Shown in pieces: positions 9,601 to 18,748 of a stretch of DNA of 64,000 nt. The DNA comes from Geobacteraceae bacterium (GTDB lineage: Bacteria; Desulfobacterota; Desulfuromonadia; Geobacterales; Geobacteraceae). Where the stretch lies: contig DATDNF010000034.1 in the NCBI GenBank assembly GCA_036518435.1, forward strand, positions 12,446 through 76,445, read 5' to 3'. Every line of letters starts with the position of its first letter. Position 1 is the stretch's first letter. Both the position numbers and the translations under genes were made by a program. The notes beneath the pieces are model-generated. The model searched no databases and had not been told where the DNA came from. It worked only from the letters and a program-made list of their open reading frames with translations.

Positions 9601-10627
9601 GATCTATCACCGGATCACCGGCACGGCCCTGGACGTCAAGATGAACGACAACGTGCGGGCCGCCTTCGACCGGATGCTCGGCGGAGAGCGGGCGCGCAAG
9701 GCTGCGGAGATGGACCCCTTCCTCGACCACACCACCGGGGAGATCGCCGCGGCACGGGAGGACCTGGCGCGGGAGTTGCGGGAGTGGTGGGGGGATGATG
9801 AACCCGTAAACGGTGAACAGGGAACGGTGAACGGGAAGAACCTCGAACCTCGAACCTCTTTAGGCCCGCAAGGGCCGAACCTCGAACCCGAGCCGCCCGC
9901 TCGACTCGCTGGCCCCCTAGGTGACAACCTGGACCCCGCCAACACCTTCAGCCGTGACCCGGCCAACCCGCCGCAGGTGGTGCGGGACTTCATGGAGGCG
10001 GAGGCGCGGCACCTGGAAGAGGCGGAGCATGGCAAGGTGTGGGTGGACGGCTACGAAAAAAGCGCCACCTGGAGCGCCGCCCCGGAGTGGTTCCTGGGGC
10101 GCAACCGGGAGCACCCGACCCAGCCGGTGAGCCGCGAGAGCGTGGTGAACGCCCTGCGCAAGGCGGCGGACGGGAAGTACGACGACCTGACCGCCGGGCA
10201 GAAGGACATGGTGCTCGCCGCGGTCGACGCGATCAGCCGGCAGATCCACGACATCTCCCGGGAGATCGACGGGATGGAGCTGAAGGTGGGGGACGCCTTC
10301 ACCGACTCCCACCTCCAGCGGCGGGTGGTGACCGGCGAGCGGGACGGGCGCCTCATCCTGGACAGCGGCGAGGCCATCCCGCTCGACCGCCCCTTCCGGA
10401 TCGTCGGCGACGTGGACACGTCCGGCCGCCCCCTGGAGGCGGTGGACCCGCACGACTTCGCGGTGGAGACGATCCTGCGCGAGCGGGGGGACTTCGATAT
10501 CTACGACGAAACGGGTAAATTACGCTCGGCCCGCGAGGTGGTGGACGAGGCCAAGGACGGCCTCGCCGTGGCGCGACAGCAGAAGCACCTGTTCGACCGG
10601 GCGGCGGTGTGCCTCAACCTTGGTTGA
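6611..10627 (+). CDS. Giant internal/ejected virion protein (gp16-like) with a zincin HExxH motif
   Basis: 1338 aa. LVHELGHVF at ~aa 935. A region VYHGT…FFSASK… resembles an ADP-ribosyltransferase-like beta1 motif. Size matches T7 gp16 (1318 aa). Confidence 0.6.
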   Translation: MDFNLYDNPNPPGAGPFSAPDTGIMKAAGEGIIRGGVKAAKYGAMVGSVFFPSETVPRDQDPDRIVPRKEDFFRFIDNRLDPTEKYWSPDPSTLSTAGRIVSGLSELPLQVVGGAPGMAGIATANTGIEQLDQGVDQQTASTVSAVMGAGMGALSAIPEGGTLLKKLLIGATSMPAANAATDLAAQKMLQSQGYTEQAKQFDPWDPTSRTVDTALGMIFGGLAHYGKVKERMPTDARDAIDTVETKRQADRLNPFPSGSPKADAHPQALDAAIQAVNEGRPVDVADGVLAPQNLPETTAAYTADRFRSEVKDVFGLSDEHADAALALVAARAKAQGEDLDSYIGQRIAGVEQGTDSAYSRLYQTAEKTDTPQFKAWFGGSKIVDTDGQPQMVYHGTNANFTQFAPGERGMFFSASKDVASNYTEYKRSPQSSHDGVVMPVYLAMKDPVTLQFGTGHSIAAAVAEAKANGNDGVIIKGYPDTYRGNDSIADMYIVFDPKQVKSAMGNRGTYDPADANILHQGRPIVQPFYSKVLTEVENLKQEKWNGDQLLATLRKTPGVKGDEIAWTGLDDFLAGKQSVTRQEVRDFLDQNQVRVQEVVKQDNYTDAEYNRMMELTHKVQRTPSEQAEFEQWADRIKREKPKYGLYVLPGGENYREMLLTLPDKGFGDNYYNRHFEEPNVLAHVRFNERTGADGAKILHVEEMQSDWHQEGKAKGYGPNIPESPFAKTWPELAMKRMLRYAAEHGFDRLTWTTGEQQAARYDISKQVDAVRYRPIDENSYRVNLYKDGRDVATHQIAAKDLPDAVGKELAEKIKAGTGKSVDVRQMEYKELSGVDLKIGGKGMKDFYDRILPTIAKDLGKKFGARVEDTQADGHTVHSVEITSAMKDALLYEGQPLFQGEKGAVSFLADGRAVIHALESPDFSTLVHELGHVFRRDLSQTEQRTFDQWLHSQVPGAKWGAAQEETFARAFERYLAEGRAPTEELQGVFDKFKNWLTEIYHRITGTALDVKMNDNVRAAFDRMLGGERARKAAEMDPFLDHTTGEIAAAREDLARELREWWGDDEPVNGEQGTVNGKNLEPRTSLGPQGPNLEPEPPARLAGPLGDNLDPANTFSRDPANPPQVVRDFMEAEARHLEEAEHGKVWVDGYEKSATWSAAPEWFLGRNREHPTQPVSRESVVNALRKAADGKYDDLTAGQKDMVLAAVDAISRQIHDISREIDGMELKVGDAFTDSHLQRRVVTGERDGRLILDSGEAIPLDRPFRIVGDVDTSGRPLEAVDPHDFAVETILRERGDFDIYDETGKLRSAREVVDEAKDGLAVARQQKHLFDRAAVCLNLG

Positions 10628-10630
10628 GGC

Positions 10631-10663
10631 AAGGATGAATTATGAAGTATGAATTATGAAAAT
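10631..10663. repeat. Tandem ATGAA-core heptad repeat (GGATGAATTATGAAGTATGAATTATGAAA)
   Basis: Seen directly. Related arrays occur at 161-182, 50363-50455 and 51539-51560, in both orientations. Confidence 0.6.
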
Positions 10664-10767
10664 CATCTTCGTCTGCGCCTATCGCGAGAACTGCCCCATC
10701 TTCTTCCGCTGGGGCAAAGCACACTGCAACCGGCACTGTGACCGGCTGAAGGAGAAACAAAAAGGCT

Positions 10768-13374
10768 ATGGCTCGCTGCATTGACGACCTCATAAAAGCC
10801 GCGAACGGCGCGATCACCCGCAAGGAGGCGGACCGGATCATCATTGAGGTGGAGCGGCGCTTCCGCGAGAAGTTCCCCAAGACCACCCCGGACGGGCGCG
10901 CCATGTGGACCGAGACTGGCGAGAAGTCGCGCGAGCAGCTGATGGTCGAGGCGGCCCAGGAGGCGTTCGACGCCCGGGTGAAGCAGAAGGAACGGTTCGT
11001 CCGCAAGCAGCAACTCCAGGTGGAGAGCGCGAATCGCCTCCAGATCCAGATCGCCCGGAACGGCAACGGCAACAAGGGACTGACGCGACTGATCGACACC
11101 CAGCTCTCCGGCCGGATCAAGGCGGGGACGGAGCAGTACCTGGCGGAGATATACCGGGGACTGGAGCCGTTCCTCGACAAGTCGCCGTTCATGCGGAAAC
11201 TCACTCCGGACGACGAGCTGGCCGTGGCCCGCGCCATCATGGACCCGGACATCATCAAAAAGGTGGGGCACGACCCTGACAAGGCGACCCCGGCGGAGCG
11301 ACTCGCCTACGCCTTCCGGACGGTGGAGAACCGGGTGATCGCGCGCAAGAACGAGGCGGGGGCGAACATCCAGTATTTGCAGGGGCACCTCCCCCAGCAA
11401 TGGAACGCCAAGGACGTGCGCTTCTACGGTCTCGGCGCGCGGGACAAGGCGGAGTTCCTCAACCCCTGGCTGTCGCCGGAACGGCGCAACCGCCTCCAGG
11501 CGAAGGCGCAGGAGGCGTGGACCGATTTCATGATGGAGCGGATCGACCGCTCCAAGTATGCGAACCCCGACACCGGGGGGCTGCTGGACGACGGGGAACT
11601 GCGGGACGTGTTCCGCTCGGTCTGGCGCACCATCGCCACCAACGGGCTGGTCAAGGACGTGGAGGTAGCGGGGGAGAAGCCGGCGCTCGCCGACATCCTG
11701 GGGGCGCACCGGGACATCCACTTCCGGGACGCCGAGGGGTTCCTGGACGCGAACCGCGCCTTCGGGGCCAAGGGGCTGTTCGAGGCGATGGTGGGGAACA
11801 CCCGCCGCCACGCGACCGACATCGCCATGATGGAGACCTTCGGCCCGGACACCGACGCGGGGTTCGAGACCGGCACCCGCTACGCCCAGCAGGCCCAGGC
11901 GGAAGAGACCATGGACGGCACCAAGGGTCGGCGCAGGAACGAGGTGATGTACCAGGAGCTGACCGGCGTCGCCAACATGCCGACCGAGGAGCGGTTCGCC
12001 CTGATCAGCTCGTTCATGCAGGCGACCCGGAACTACATCTCCGCCGCTAAGCTCGGGATGCTCCCGCTCTCCATGGTTTCCGACTTCGCCATCTTCCGCA
12101 CCGTGGCGCAGTCGGACGGCTTCGGCGCAGGGGAAACGATCCGGATGATGCTGAAGATGCTGAACCCGCTGGACGAGGCAGACCGGGTACTGGCGCGGCG
12201 GCACGCGATCTTCACGCAGAGCGTGGTGAACGACGTGCTGATGCGCTACGGCGCGGAGCAGGGGGCGGGGTTCTCCCGCAAGGTGGCGGACTTCACGGTG
12301 CGCTACTCGGGGGCGGAGTTTCTCCACAACAGCCTCAAACAGGCGTTTCAGCTCCTGATCGGCTCCCACACCCACGACTTCCGGGATACCGCCTTCGACG
12401 CCCTGGAGCCGCGCTATAAGCGGATGCTGGAGCGGTACGGGATCGACGAGGAGAACTGGAACATCATCCGGACCGCCGAGCCGGTGGAGATCGCCGGGCA
12501 GAACGTGGTGACCCCCTGGACGGTGGCCCGCGCCCACGCCCCGGAGCAGAACCTGGATCCCGGCTTCCGGTCGGCGGACCTGGACAAGATTGGGCGGCAG
12601 AAGGTGCAGGAGGCGGCGGCGCGGTTCGGGGCCATGCTCTCCGAGGAGGGGGACACCGCCATGATCACGCCGGGGCTGCGCACCAATGCGACGCTCAAGG
12701 GCGCCACCCACCCGGGCGAGGTGACCGGCGAGCTGGCCCGGTCGTTCGCCCTGTTCAAGAGCTTCAGCTTTGCCATGGTGCAGAAGATATGGCCGCGCAT
12801 CATGGAAGAGGGGACGGCCGGGGGGCGGGCCGGGATGGCCGCCCAGTTCGCCCTTGCCATGATGGTGACCGGCGCCATCTCCATACAGCTGAAGGAGATC
12901 GCCAAGGGGAGAAACCCGCGCAGCATGGCGGACCCCGGCTTCTGGGGGGCGGCGTTGTTGCAGTCGGGCGGGATGGGGATCTTCGGCGACTTTCTTCTCC
13001 AGGATGCCAACCGCTTCGGCGGTGGGCTCGCGGACACCATCGCCGGGCCGGTGGTCGGGCTCGCCAACGACGTGCGCAAGCTCACGGTGGGGAACGCGGA
13101 AACCGCCTGGGAGGGGAAACACGACCCGAACTTCATCCCGGAGGCGATCCAGTTCGCCAAGAACTACGCCCCGGCCATGAACCTCTGGTACACGCGCCTG
13201 GCACTCGACCATCTGCTGTTCTTCCACGCGCAGGAGGCGGCGAATCCGGGGTACCTGCGGCGGATGCGGAGAAAGGTGGAGCGGGAGAACGATCAGACCT
13301 TCTGGTACGCTCCGGAGGACAATATGCCGGGCGGCGCGCCCGACGTTTCCGAACTGTTCAAGAGGAAATTATGA
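10768..13374 (+). CDS. Large phage virion-associated protein, unknown function
   Basis: 868 aa. AAGGAGA ribosome-binding site. Stop overlaps the next ATG. Confidence 0.5.
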   Translation: MARCIDDLIKAANGAITRKEADRIIIEVERRFREKFPKTTPDGRAMWTETGEKSREQLMVEAAQEAFDARVKQKERFVRKQQLQVESANRLQIQIARNGNGNKGLTRLIDTQLSGRIKAGTEQYLAEIYRGLEPFLDKSPFMRKLTPDDELAVARAIMDPDIIKKVGHDPDKATPAERLAYAFRTVENRVIARKNEAGANIQYLQGHLPQQWNAKDVRFYGLGARDKAEFLNPWLSPERRNRLQAKAQEAWTDFMMERIDRSKYANPDTGGLLDDGELRDVFRSVWRTIATNGLVKDVEVAGEKPALADILGAHRDIHFRDAEGFLDANRAFGAKGLFEAMVGNTRRHATDIAMMETFGPDTDAGFETGTRYAQQAQAEETMDGTKGRRRNEVMYQELTGVANMPTEERFALISSFMQATRNYISAAKLGMLPLSMVSDFAIFRTVAQSDGFGAGETIRMMLKMLNPLDEADRVLARRHAIFTQSVVNDVLMRYGAEQGAGFSRKVADFTVRYSGAEFLHNSLKQAFQLLIGSHTHDFRDTAFDALEPRYKRMLERYGIDEENWNIIRTAEPVEIAGQNVVTPWTVARAHAPEQNLDPGFRSADLDKIGRQKVQEAAARFGAMLSEEGDTAMITPGLRTNATLKGATHPGEVTGELARSFALFKSFSFAMVQKIWPRIMEEGTAGGRAGMAAQFALAMMVTGAISIQLKEIAKGRNPRSMADPGFWGAALLQSGGMGIFGDFLLQDANRFGGGLADTIAGPVVGLANDVRKLTVGNAETAWEGKHDPNFIPEAIQFAKNYAPAMNLWYTRLALDHLLFFHAQEAANPGYLRRMRRKVERENDQTFWYAPEDNMPGGAPDVSELFKRKL

Positions 13375-13739
13375 AGAAGAAACCCGAGGCTAAACCCGCA
13401 CCGTCCGGCATCCGCCCCGACCAGGAGGCGCGGCTTGCCGCGCTCCAGGAGCGACTCCTGGACGTGTTCCTGACCGAGGCGGACCCGGACACGTTCGTGA
13501 AGGTGGAGGCCACAGCCTCCGCCAAGGAGCAGCAGAACCAGCGGGGGGACCGGTGCTGGCAGAAGAAGGATGCGAACCAGACCATTACCCTGGTGGCGGG
13601 GATCGAACGGCTGCTCCGGGAACGGAGAAACGTCGCGCCGCCCAAGCCCGGCGAGGACGGTCCCGACGACGCGGCCGAGATCCGCACCATGGAGAAGGCA
13701 GCCGGCAAGCGCCTGGCGCTCGTGAAGAAGAGGCAGTGA
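13371..13739 (+). CDS. Candidate terminase small subunit (gp18 position)
   Basis: 122 aa, basic and charged. AGAGGAAA ribosome-binding site. Sits directly upstream of the large terminase. Confidence 0.4.
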   Translation: MKKKPEAKPAPSGIRPDQEARLAALQERLLDVFLTEADPDTFVKVEATASAKEQQNQRGDRCWQKKDANQTITLVAGIERLLRERRNVAPPKPGEDGPDDAAEIRTMEKAAGKRLALVKKRQ

Positions 13740-13742
13740 TGC

Positions 13743-15383
13743 ATGGTAAAGCGTGCGCCGGTATCGTTTCCGGCATTCCATTTGAAGTGCGGCGAACAGG
13801 CGGGGTGGGAAGTTCCCGACAGCCACCTGGAGGCGTGCGACTGGCTGGAGCAGGGGCGCACCGGCCGGGTGGGGGTGCTGAAGGCGTTCCGCGGCTTCTC
13901 GAAATCCACCATCGTAGGGGAGTATCCCCCCTGGCGGCTGCGGCAGGACCCGGCATGGCGGTTCCAGACCCTCTCCGCCACCGACCAGGACGGCGCGAAG
14001 ATGTCCGCCCATTCCCGCCAGGTGATCAACCACCACCCGTGGTGCCAGGGGATGCGCGGCCGGGGGAAACTATGGAAGACCCACCGCTTCGAGGTGGAGG
14101 GGTCGAGCGACCCGCGCAATCCGAGCATGTCCGCCTACGGCGTCATGAGCAACATCACCGGCGGCCGGGCGGACGAGTTCCTGCTGGACGACGTGGAGGT
14201 GCCGAAGACGATCCGCACGCCAGCGCTAAGGGAGGCGCTCCGGGGGCGCCTGTCGGAGACCGGCCACATCCTGGTCCCCGGCGGGAAGATCCTCTACATC
14301 GGCACCGACCACTGCCTGGAGTCGATCTACAAGGAGCAGATCGAGGACGGCGCGGACCTGCTGGAGATCCCGCTCTTCATCCGGGGCGTGACCCACGTGG
14401 TGAAGGATTTCCCCACGGCGGAGTTCCTGTTCGACTGGCGGGTGTGCCGGCCGGACGAGATCTACGTGGCGGTGGGGGAATCGCGCCCCAAGCTGCTGGC
14501 GGCTCCGGACTACACGGTGGAGGGGCTGCGGGATTTCCGGGGCGGCCGGGTGGTGCTGCGCTCCCCCGTCCCCGCCGGGACGCGGGTATCGATCTACGCC
14601 GGGTGCACCTGGCCGCAGCGCTTCAACCGGGGGGAGGTCGCCTTCAAGATGGGGCGCTGCCGCTCCTGGGGCGAATGGGACAGCCAATACATGCTCCGGC
14701 CGGCGCAGATCGCCCGTGTCCGGCTCGACCCGGAGCGCATCCAGGTGTACGACGACGCGCCGGAGCTGCGTATCGTGAACGGCGGGGCGCTCATGTTTCT
14801 GCGCGGGGTGCGGCTGGTGGGGGCGTCGTCCTACTGGGACTGCTCGTTGGGGAAGATCAACAGCGATGCGTCGAGCTTCTCCCTGGTGTTCACGGACGGC
14901 AACGGCAACCTCTACTGGCAGGTGTGCGTGGCGCTCACCGGCGACATCTACGAGCAGTGCGGCGGGATCGTTCCCATCGTGAAACGGTACAGCCTGCGGG
15001 GCGTGACGGTGGAGACGAACGGCCCCGGCGGGTTCGTCCCGGCGATCCTGCGCAAGGTTTTGAAGGAGGCGAACCTCGACTGCGCGGTGATCGAGCGGTG
15101 GCGCAGCGGCAACAAGAACGTGTTCATCGCCGACGCCCTGGAGCCCCCCCTGTCCGGCCGGTTCCTGTATGCCAGCCGGGCGGTCATGCAGGGGCCGATG
15201 CCGCAGCAGATGCGGGAGTGGGACCCGACCGTGAAGAGCCAGCCGGACGACCACCTGGACAGCGGTGCCGGGGCCATCGCCGAGACGCCCGTCCGGATCG
15301 GCCTGAACGTACCACCGCCGGCGGAGAGCCGCGACGACTGGCGGCCGGGGAGCGGGACGCATGAAGTGCAGACGGACTATTAA
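13743..15383 (+). CDS. Terminase large subunit (T7 gp19-like)
   Basis: LKAFRGFSKSTIV matches T7 LQAFRGIGKSFIT. …GGRADEFLLDDVEVPKT matches …GSRADIIIADDVEIPSN. GKILYIGTDH matches SRVIYLGTPQ. Confidence 0.85.
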   Translation: MVKRAPVSFPAFHLKCGEQAGWEVPDSHLEACDWLEQGRTGRVGVLKAFRGFSKSTIVGEYPPWRLRQDPAWRFQTLSATDQDGAKMSAHSRQVINHHPWCQGMRGRGKLWKTHRFEVEGSSDPRNPSMSAYGVMSNITGGRADEFLLDDVEVPKTIRTPALREALRGRLSETGHILVPGGKILYIGTDHCLESIYKEQIEDGADLLEIPLFIRGVTHVVKDFPTAEFLFDWRVCRPDEIYVAVGESRPKLLAAPDYTVEGLRDFRGGRVVLRSPVPAGTRVSIYAGCTWPQRFNRGEVAFKMGRCRSWGEWDSQYMLRPAQIARVRLDPERIQVYDDAPELRIVNGGALMFLRGVRLVGASSYWDCSLGKINSDASSFSLVFTDGNGNLYWQVCVALTGDIYEQCGGIVPIVKRYSLRGVTVETNGPGGFVPAILRKVLKEANLDCAVIERWRSGNKNVFIADALEPPLSGRFLYASRAVMQGPMPQQMREWDPTVKSQPDDHLDSGAGAIAETPVRIGLNVPPPAESRDDWRPGSGTHEVQTDY

Positions 15384-15395
15384 TGAGGTGAGACC

Positions 15396-16058
15396 ATGGC
15401 AGTAGCGGACGTAACACCGTATGTATCGGCCAACGCCAACGGCGTGACTACATCGTTTCCGTTTCCGTTTCAGGTTTTTCAGGACACGGATCTGGTGGTG
15501 ATAGTGGCCGGTGCTGTGAAGACCCTGGGAACTGATTACACGGTCACCCTCGCCGACCCGGGTGGTACGGTCGATTTTCCGGTGGCACCCACGGCTGGAC
15601 TCGTGGAGATGGCGCGAGAGCAGTCCGCCGACCGCACGACCGATTACCAGACCGCTGGGCCATTCTTCGCCGACACGGTGGATGACGACCTGGACCGGGT
15701 CGTAATGCTGATTCAGGAGCTGAAACGCACCGTGGGAATACTCTCCAGCGCAGGCCTTGCGGCACGACTGGCGGCGCTGGAGGGTTTGGTGCCGTTCGGC
15801 CCCGGAAGCGTCAGCGTGCAGATCGTGGACGCCACCGCCGGCCAAGTCGTTGTGGGCATCGTGGCCGCAAACGACCCCGGCGCCCGGCCCATGGTGATCG
15901 GTAAGACGGACGCCTCGGCCAACATGGTCACCGTCCGCCCGGCGGCTGGGACCATCTCGACCGCCGAGGGGCGGTCCGCCACCTGCGATCTCACCATGCA
16001 GGACCAGGCAATCTGGATCGTTCCCGATGCCGCGAACAACAACTGGATGCGGGGCTGA
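15396..16058 (+). CDS. Tail-fibre N-terminal adaptor (homologous to T7 gp17 N-terminal domain)
   Basis: TPYVSANANGVTTSFPFPFQVF…LVVIVAGAVKTLGTDYTVT matches gp17 TVLTYQLDGSNRDFNIPFEYLARKFVVVTLIGVDRKVLTINTDYRF. Confidence 0.65.
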   Translation: MAVADVTPYVSANANGVTTSFPFPFQVFQDTDLVVIVAGAVKTLGTDYTVTLADPGGTVDFPVAPTAGLVEMAREQSADRTTDYQTAGPFFADTVDDDLDRVVMLIQELKRTVGILSSAGLAARLAALEGLVPFGPGSVSVQIVDATAGQVVVGIVAANDPGARPMVIGKTDASANMVTVRPAAGTISTAEGRSATCDLTMQDQAIWIVPDAANNNWMRG

Positions 16059-16085
16059 TGACCCGCACCGAATGGAGCCTCATCT

Positions 16086-18104
16086 ATGAAACGGATCATG
16101 CTTTTCTTTGCCGCATTCTGTCTATTGGCCGTTACGACCTCCTGGGCCGCACCAGCGGCTACGCTCACGGGCGACATCATCACCTCGGGGCCATGGGTGG
16201 ACGTGCGCGCGTTCGCAAACGTCTCCACTGCCAAGGTTTACGCCAAGACGAATAACCGACCGCTGCACATCACCAAGGCCGTGAGTTGCCACGCATTGTC
16301 GTTCGATGGCGTGGAGGTCGACATTATCAGCGGCGGGACCATCAATAATTCCGGGACCGTTTCCGGGCTCGGCAATTTCCATGCGGGTCTGGCACGTGTT
16401 TTTGTGGGCAGCGGACCGGTATCCGGATTGCAAAAAGCGCTGCCTGAGTGGTGGACTACTAATGCTACGCCGGGAACAACCGACATGTCCGCCGCCTGGC
16501 AAGCCGCGCTCAATACTATGGCTCCGGTGTACCTGCAAAAAACTACCTATCTGGTCGGTGATGTATCGTATAGCGGCCGGGTTTACGTGTACGGCGCCGG
16601 TGGCAGAGGCATCAGCGATAATACCACGGTGCGGCTTAAGGCGGGGGCGGCGCACATACTCACGGCCGGGTTTGTCTCTACCGTAGCTGGCGACGATCCG
16701 GCAACGGTTACAGGCGGCGAAATAGCCGGGATAAAATTTGACGGCCAATCACAAGTGGCCACTGCACTTGTTTTTATTGCCACTACCAGCCATTGCAATA
16801 TTCACGACTGCTCGTTCCAATCGTTGCAAGGGCGGGGGCTCAGTCTACAGCGTGTGATGGAAAGCCGGGTAGACGGCAACTTATTCAGAGATGTCGGCGT
16901 TTACGGGTCGGGCGCCTTGGCGATTGAAGCCGTTACTCCGACGGGATATTTGCCTGGCGATTGTAATAACCTTCATATTGAGCAAAACACGTTCGCGCAG
17001 ATTAGTGGCAGTCCTATATGGGTTAGCAATACCGGTAATTTAGATGCATGTTGGATCAGTCGGAATAAATTAGAGTATGATGGTGTCCCGACATGGACTA
17101 ATGCCGGAAATACACCTGTCATCGCCCTCGGGCAGGTAGGACGTATTAGTCTGACTGAAAACATGCTCGCAAACTATAGTGCGTCAAATAACAATTTTGG
17201 CACAATGATACAGATCTCGGCTGGTGGCGGATCAGTCCATGTCTCAGGCAACAAACTATATCAATGTAGTGGTATTTTTATAGATCAGCGAGGCGGAACT
17301 GTTACAGAGGATGACAATACCAATGCATCTGATAACGCACTGACGTATGCGTATTCTAGCTTTGCGTACCAACATTACGGGGATTCGATACGGTGGATCA
17401 ACACCAGTGGTGCTGCTATGGACTATCCATACACCACTGCGCCATCCCCTCTCGATACATTTATGCCTGCAATCAATTCGCGCTCTCTGACCACGCAGAA
17501 TATTGTGATTGACGCGGCCGCCCTATCTCCAACCCATGGGGTTAAAACTGTTACATCTGGTGGTACGTTCGACGAATTCGCAATACTGAATCTGGGGGCG
17601 TATTTCGATTACCCTAACATGGCGATGCTCTCCGTAAGTGTCAGAGTAAAAGCCCCGGCTGACTCATCCGTGCAGCTATACGTGGATGCAACGGGCTATG
17701 CAAACACCTCCGTACCATCCGCCTCTGGTTGGATGTGGGTGACGTGGAACATACAGAAATCCGCTTTGACCTCATCGTCGGTCGCCAAGCTTTATGCTAC
17801 AAATGTCAATGGCATATTATTTGACGGGGCCATAATCCGTAAACTTCACTCCGTTACTGGCAGCATTACATGGGACCCGCCGTCCATTGCAGCTGGCTCG
17901 GGGGCCACGTCCAGTGGGGTCACGGTTACCGGTGCTGCAGTAGGTGACCAGGCTGTTGTGGCGTACAGTAACGGAACACTGGGCGGGATGCAGGCAACTG
18001 CGTACATCACGGCCACCGATAACGCGGTCATCCGCCTGGACAACAATACCGGCATCTCCGTTGATTTATCCTCGGGCACTTGGACCGTGCGGGTATTCAA
18101 GTAG
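16086..18104 (+). CDS. Tailspike or polysaccharide depolymerase with right-handed beta-helix (pectate-lyase fold) and a Sec-type signal peptide
   Basis: 672 aa. N-terminus MKRIMLFFAAFCLLAVTTSWA-AP. Repetitive Gly/Asn/Ser-rich beta-helix-like sequence (…NIHDCSFQSLQGRGLSL…). Position after the adaptor gene as in SP6 and K1-5. Confidence 0.55.
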   Translation: MKRIMLFFAAFCLLAVTTSWAAPAATLTGDIITSGPWVDVRAFANVSTAKVYAKTNNRPLHITKAVSCHALSFDGVEVDIISGGTINNSGTVSGLGNFHAGLARVFVGSGPVSGLQKALPEWWTTNATPGTTDMSAAWQAALNTMAPVYLQKTTYLVGDVSYSGRVYVYGAGGRGISDNTTVRLKAGAAHILTAGFVSTVAGDDPATVTGGEIAGIKFDGQSQVATALVFIATTSHCNIHDCSFQSLQGRGLSLQRVMESRVDGNLFRDVGVYGSGALAIEAVTPTGYLPGDCNNLHIEQNTFAQISGSPIWVSNTGNLDACWISRNKLEYDGVPTWTNAGNTPVIALGQVGRISLTENMLANYSASNNNFGTMIQISAGGGSVHVSGNKLYQCSGIFIDQRGGTVTEDDNTNASDNALTYAYSSFAYQHYGDSIRWINTSGAAMDYPYTTAPSPLDTFMPAINSRSLTTQNIVIDAAALSPTHGVKTVTSGGTFDEFAILNLGAYFDYPNMAMLSVSVRVKAPADSSVQLYVDATGYANTSVPSASGWMWVTWNIQKSALTSSSVAKLYATNVNGILFDGAIIRKLHSVTGSITWDPPSIAAGSGATSSGVTVTGAAVGDQAVVAYSNGTLGGMQATAYITATDNAVIRLDNNTGISVDLSSGTWTVRVFK

Positions 18105-18120
18105 AACTCAAGGAGAATTT

Positions 18121-18714
18121 ATGGCAACCAAAACGCTGAATGAACTTTTTAGGGACGTGATCATCAAGAATGAGCTGGGCGGCAACCTCCATGCCGTGCT
18201 CCGCTTTTCAGACCCGGACGGCGTGCAGTCGGGAAAAAGCGGTTGGTCGTTCGGCGTGTGCCAGTTTGACACCCGCAACAACCCAGCCGCACTGGAGTGT
18301 CTGAAGGCGTGCGGGTTCACCCCCGCCGAGATCGCGGGGATCGTCAATCAGACCATCGACGTGAAGCCGTTGGCGACCAAACTCCAGGCTGCCGCTGACA
18401 CGGTGGCGAGGTACGACGAGGCCCAGCTTTCCGACTGTCTCGACCGGGCACTCTCCATCGCCACGGAACACGGGGTGCCGCTGTCCGACTCGGCGGCGAT
18501 CCTCGCCCTGGCGGACTACGACAATCAGTATTATTTCAGCGACATCGACAAGCCGGGAACCCTGCTCGCGTTTATCGCCAACCTGGGGCGGCCGGTCACC
18601 GCGGACGACGTGCTGGACTTCAAGCTGACCCACACCAAATACGGGGAAACGCACCCCGCCGACTGCCGCCGCCGCTACGACAACCTGATGCAGGTGGTAA
18701 GGCAGGAGGCATAA
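18121..18714 (+). CDS. Candidate endolysin (GH108-like 'ELGG…DPDG…G' N-terminal motif)
   Basis: 197 aa. AAGGAGA ribosome-binding site. Immediately upstream of the holin and spanin genes. Confidence 0.4.
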   Translation: MATKTLNELFRDVIIKNELGGNLHAVLRFSDPDGVQSGKSGWSFGVCQFDTRNNPAALECLKACGFTPAEIAGIVNQTIDVKPLATKLQAAADTVARYDEAQLSDCLDRALSIATEHGVPLSDSAAILALADYDNQYYFSDIDKPGTLLAFIANLGRPVTADDVLDFKLTHTKYGETHPADCRRRYDNLMQVVRQEA

Positions 18715-18748
18715 CCAGGCCGCACGGCCACGAGAAAAGGAGAGCATC

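Noticed and set aside
10656-10784. 42-codon Cys-rich mini-ORF (MKIIFVCAYRENCPIFFRWGKAHCNRHCDRLKEKQKGYGSLH) beginning inside the ATGAA repeat
   Set aside because: It starts within a repeat that generates several spurious ATGs. It overlaps the ribosome-binding site and the first 17 nt of the next gene, and no ribosome-binding site of its own is evident. Most likely non-coding.
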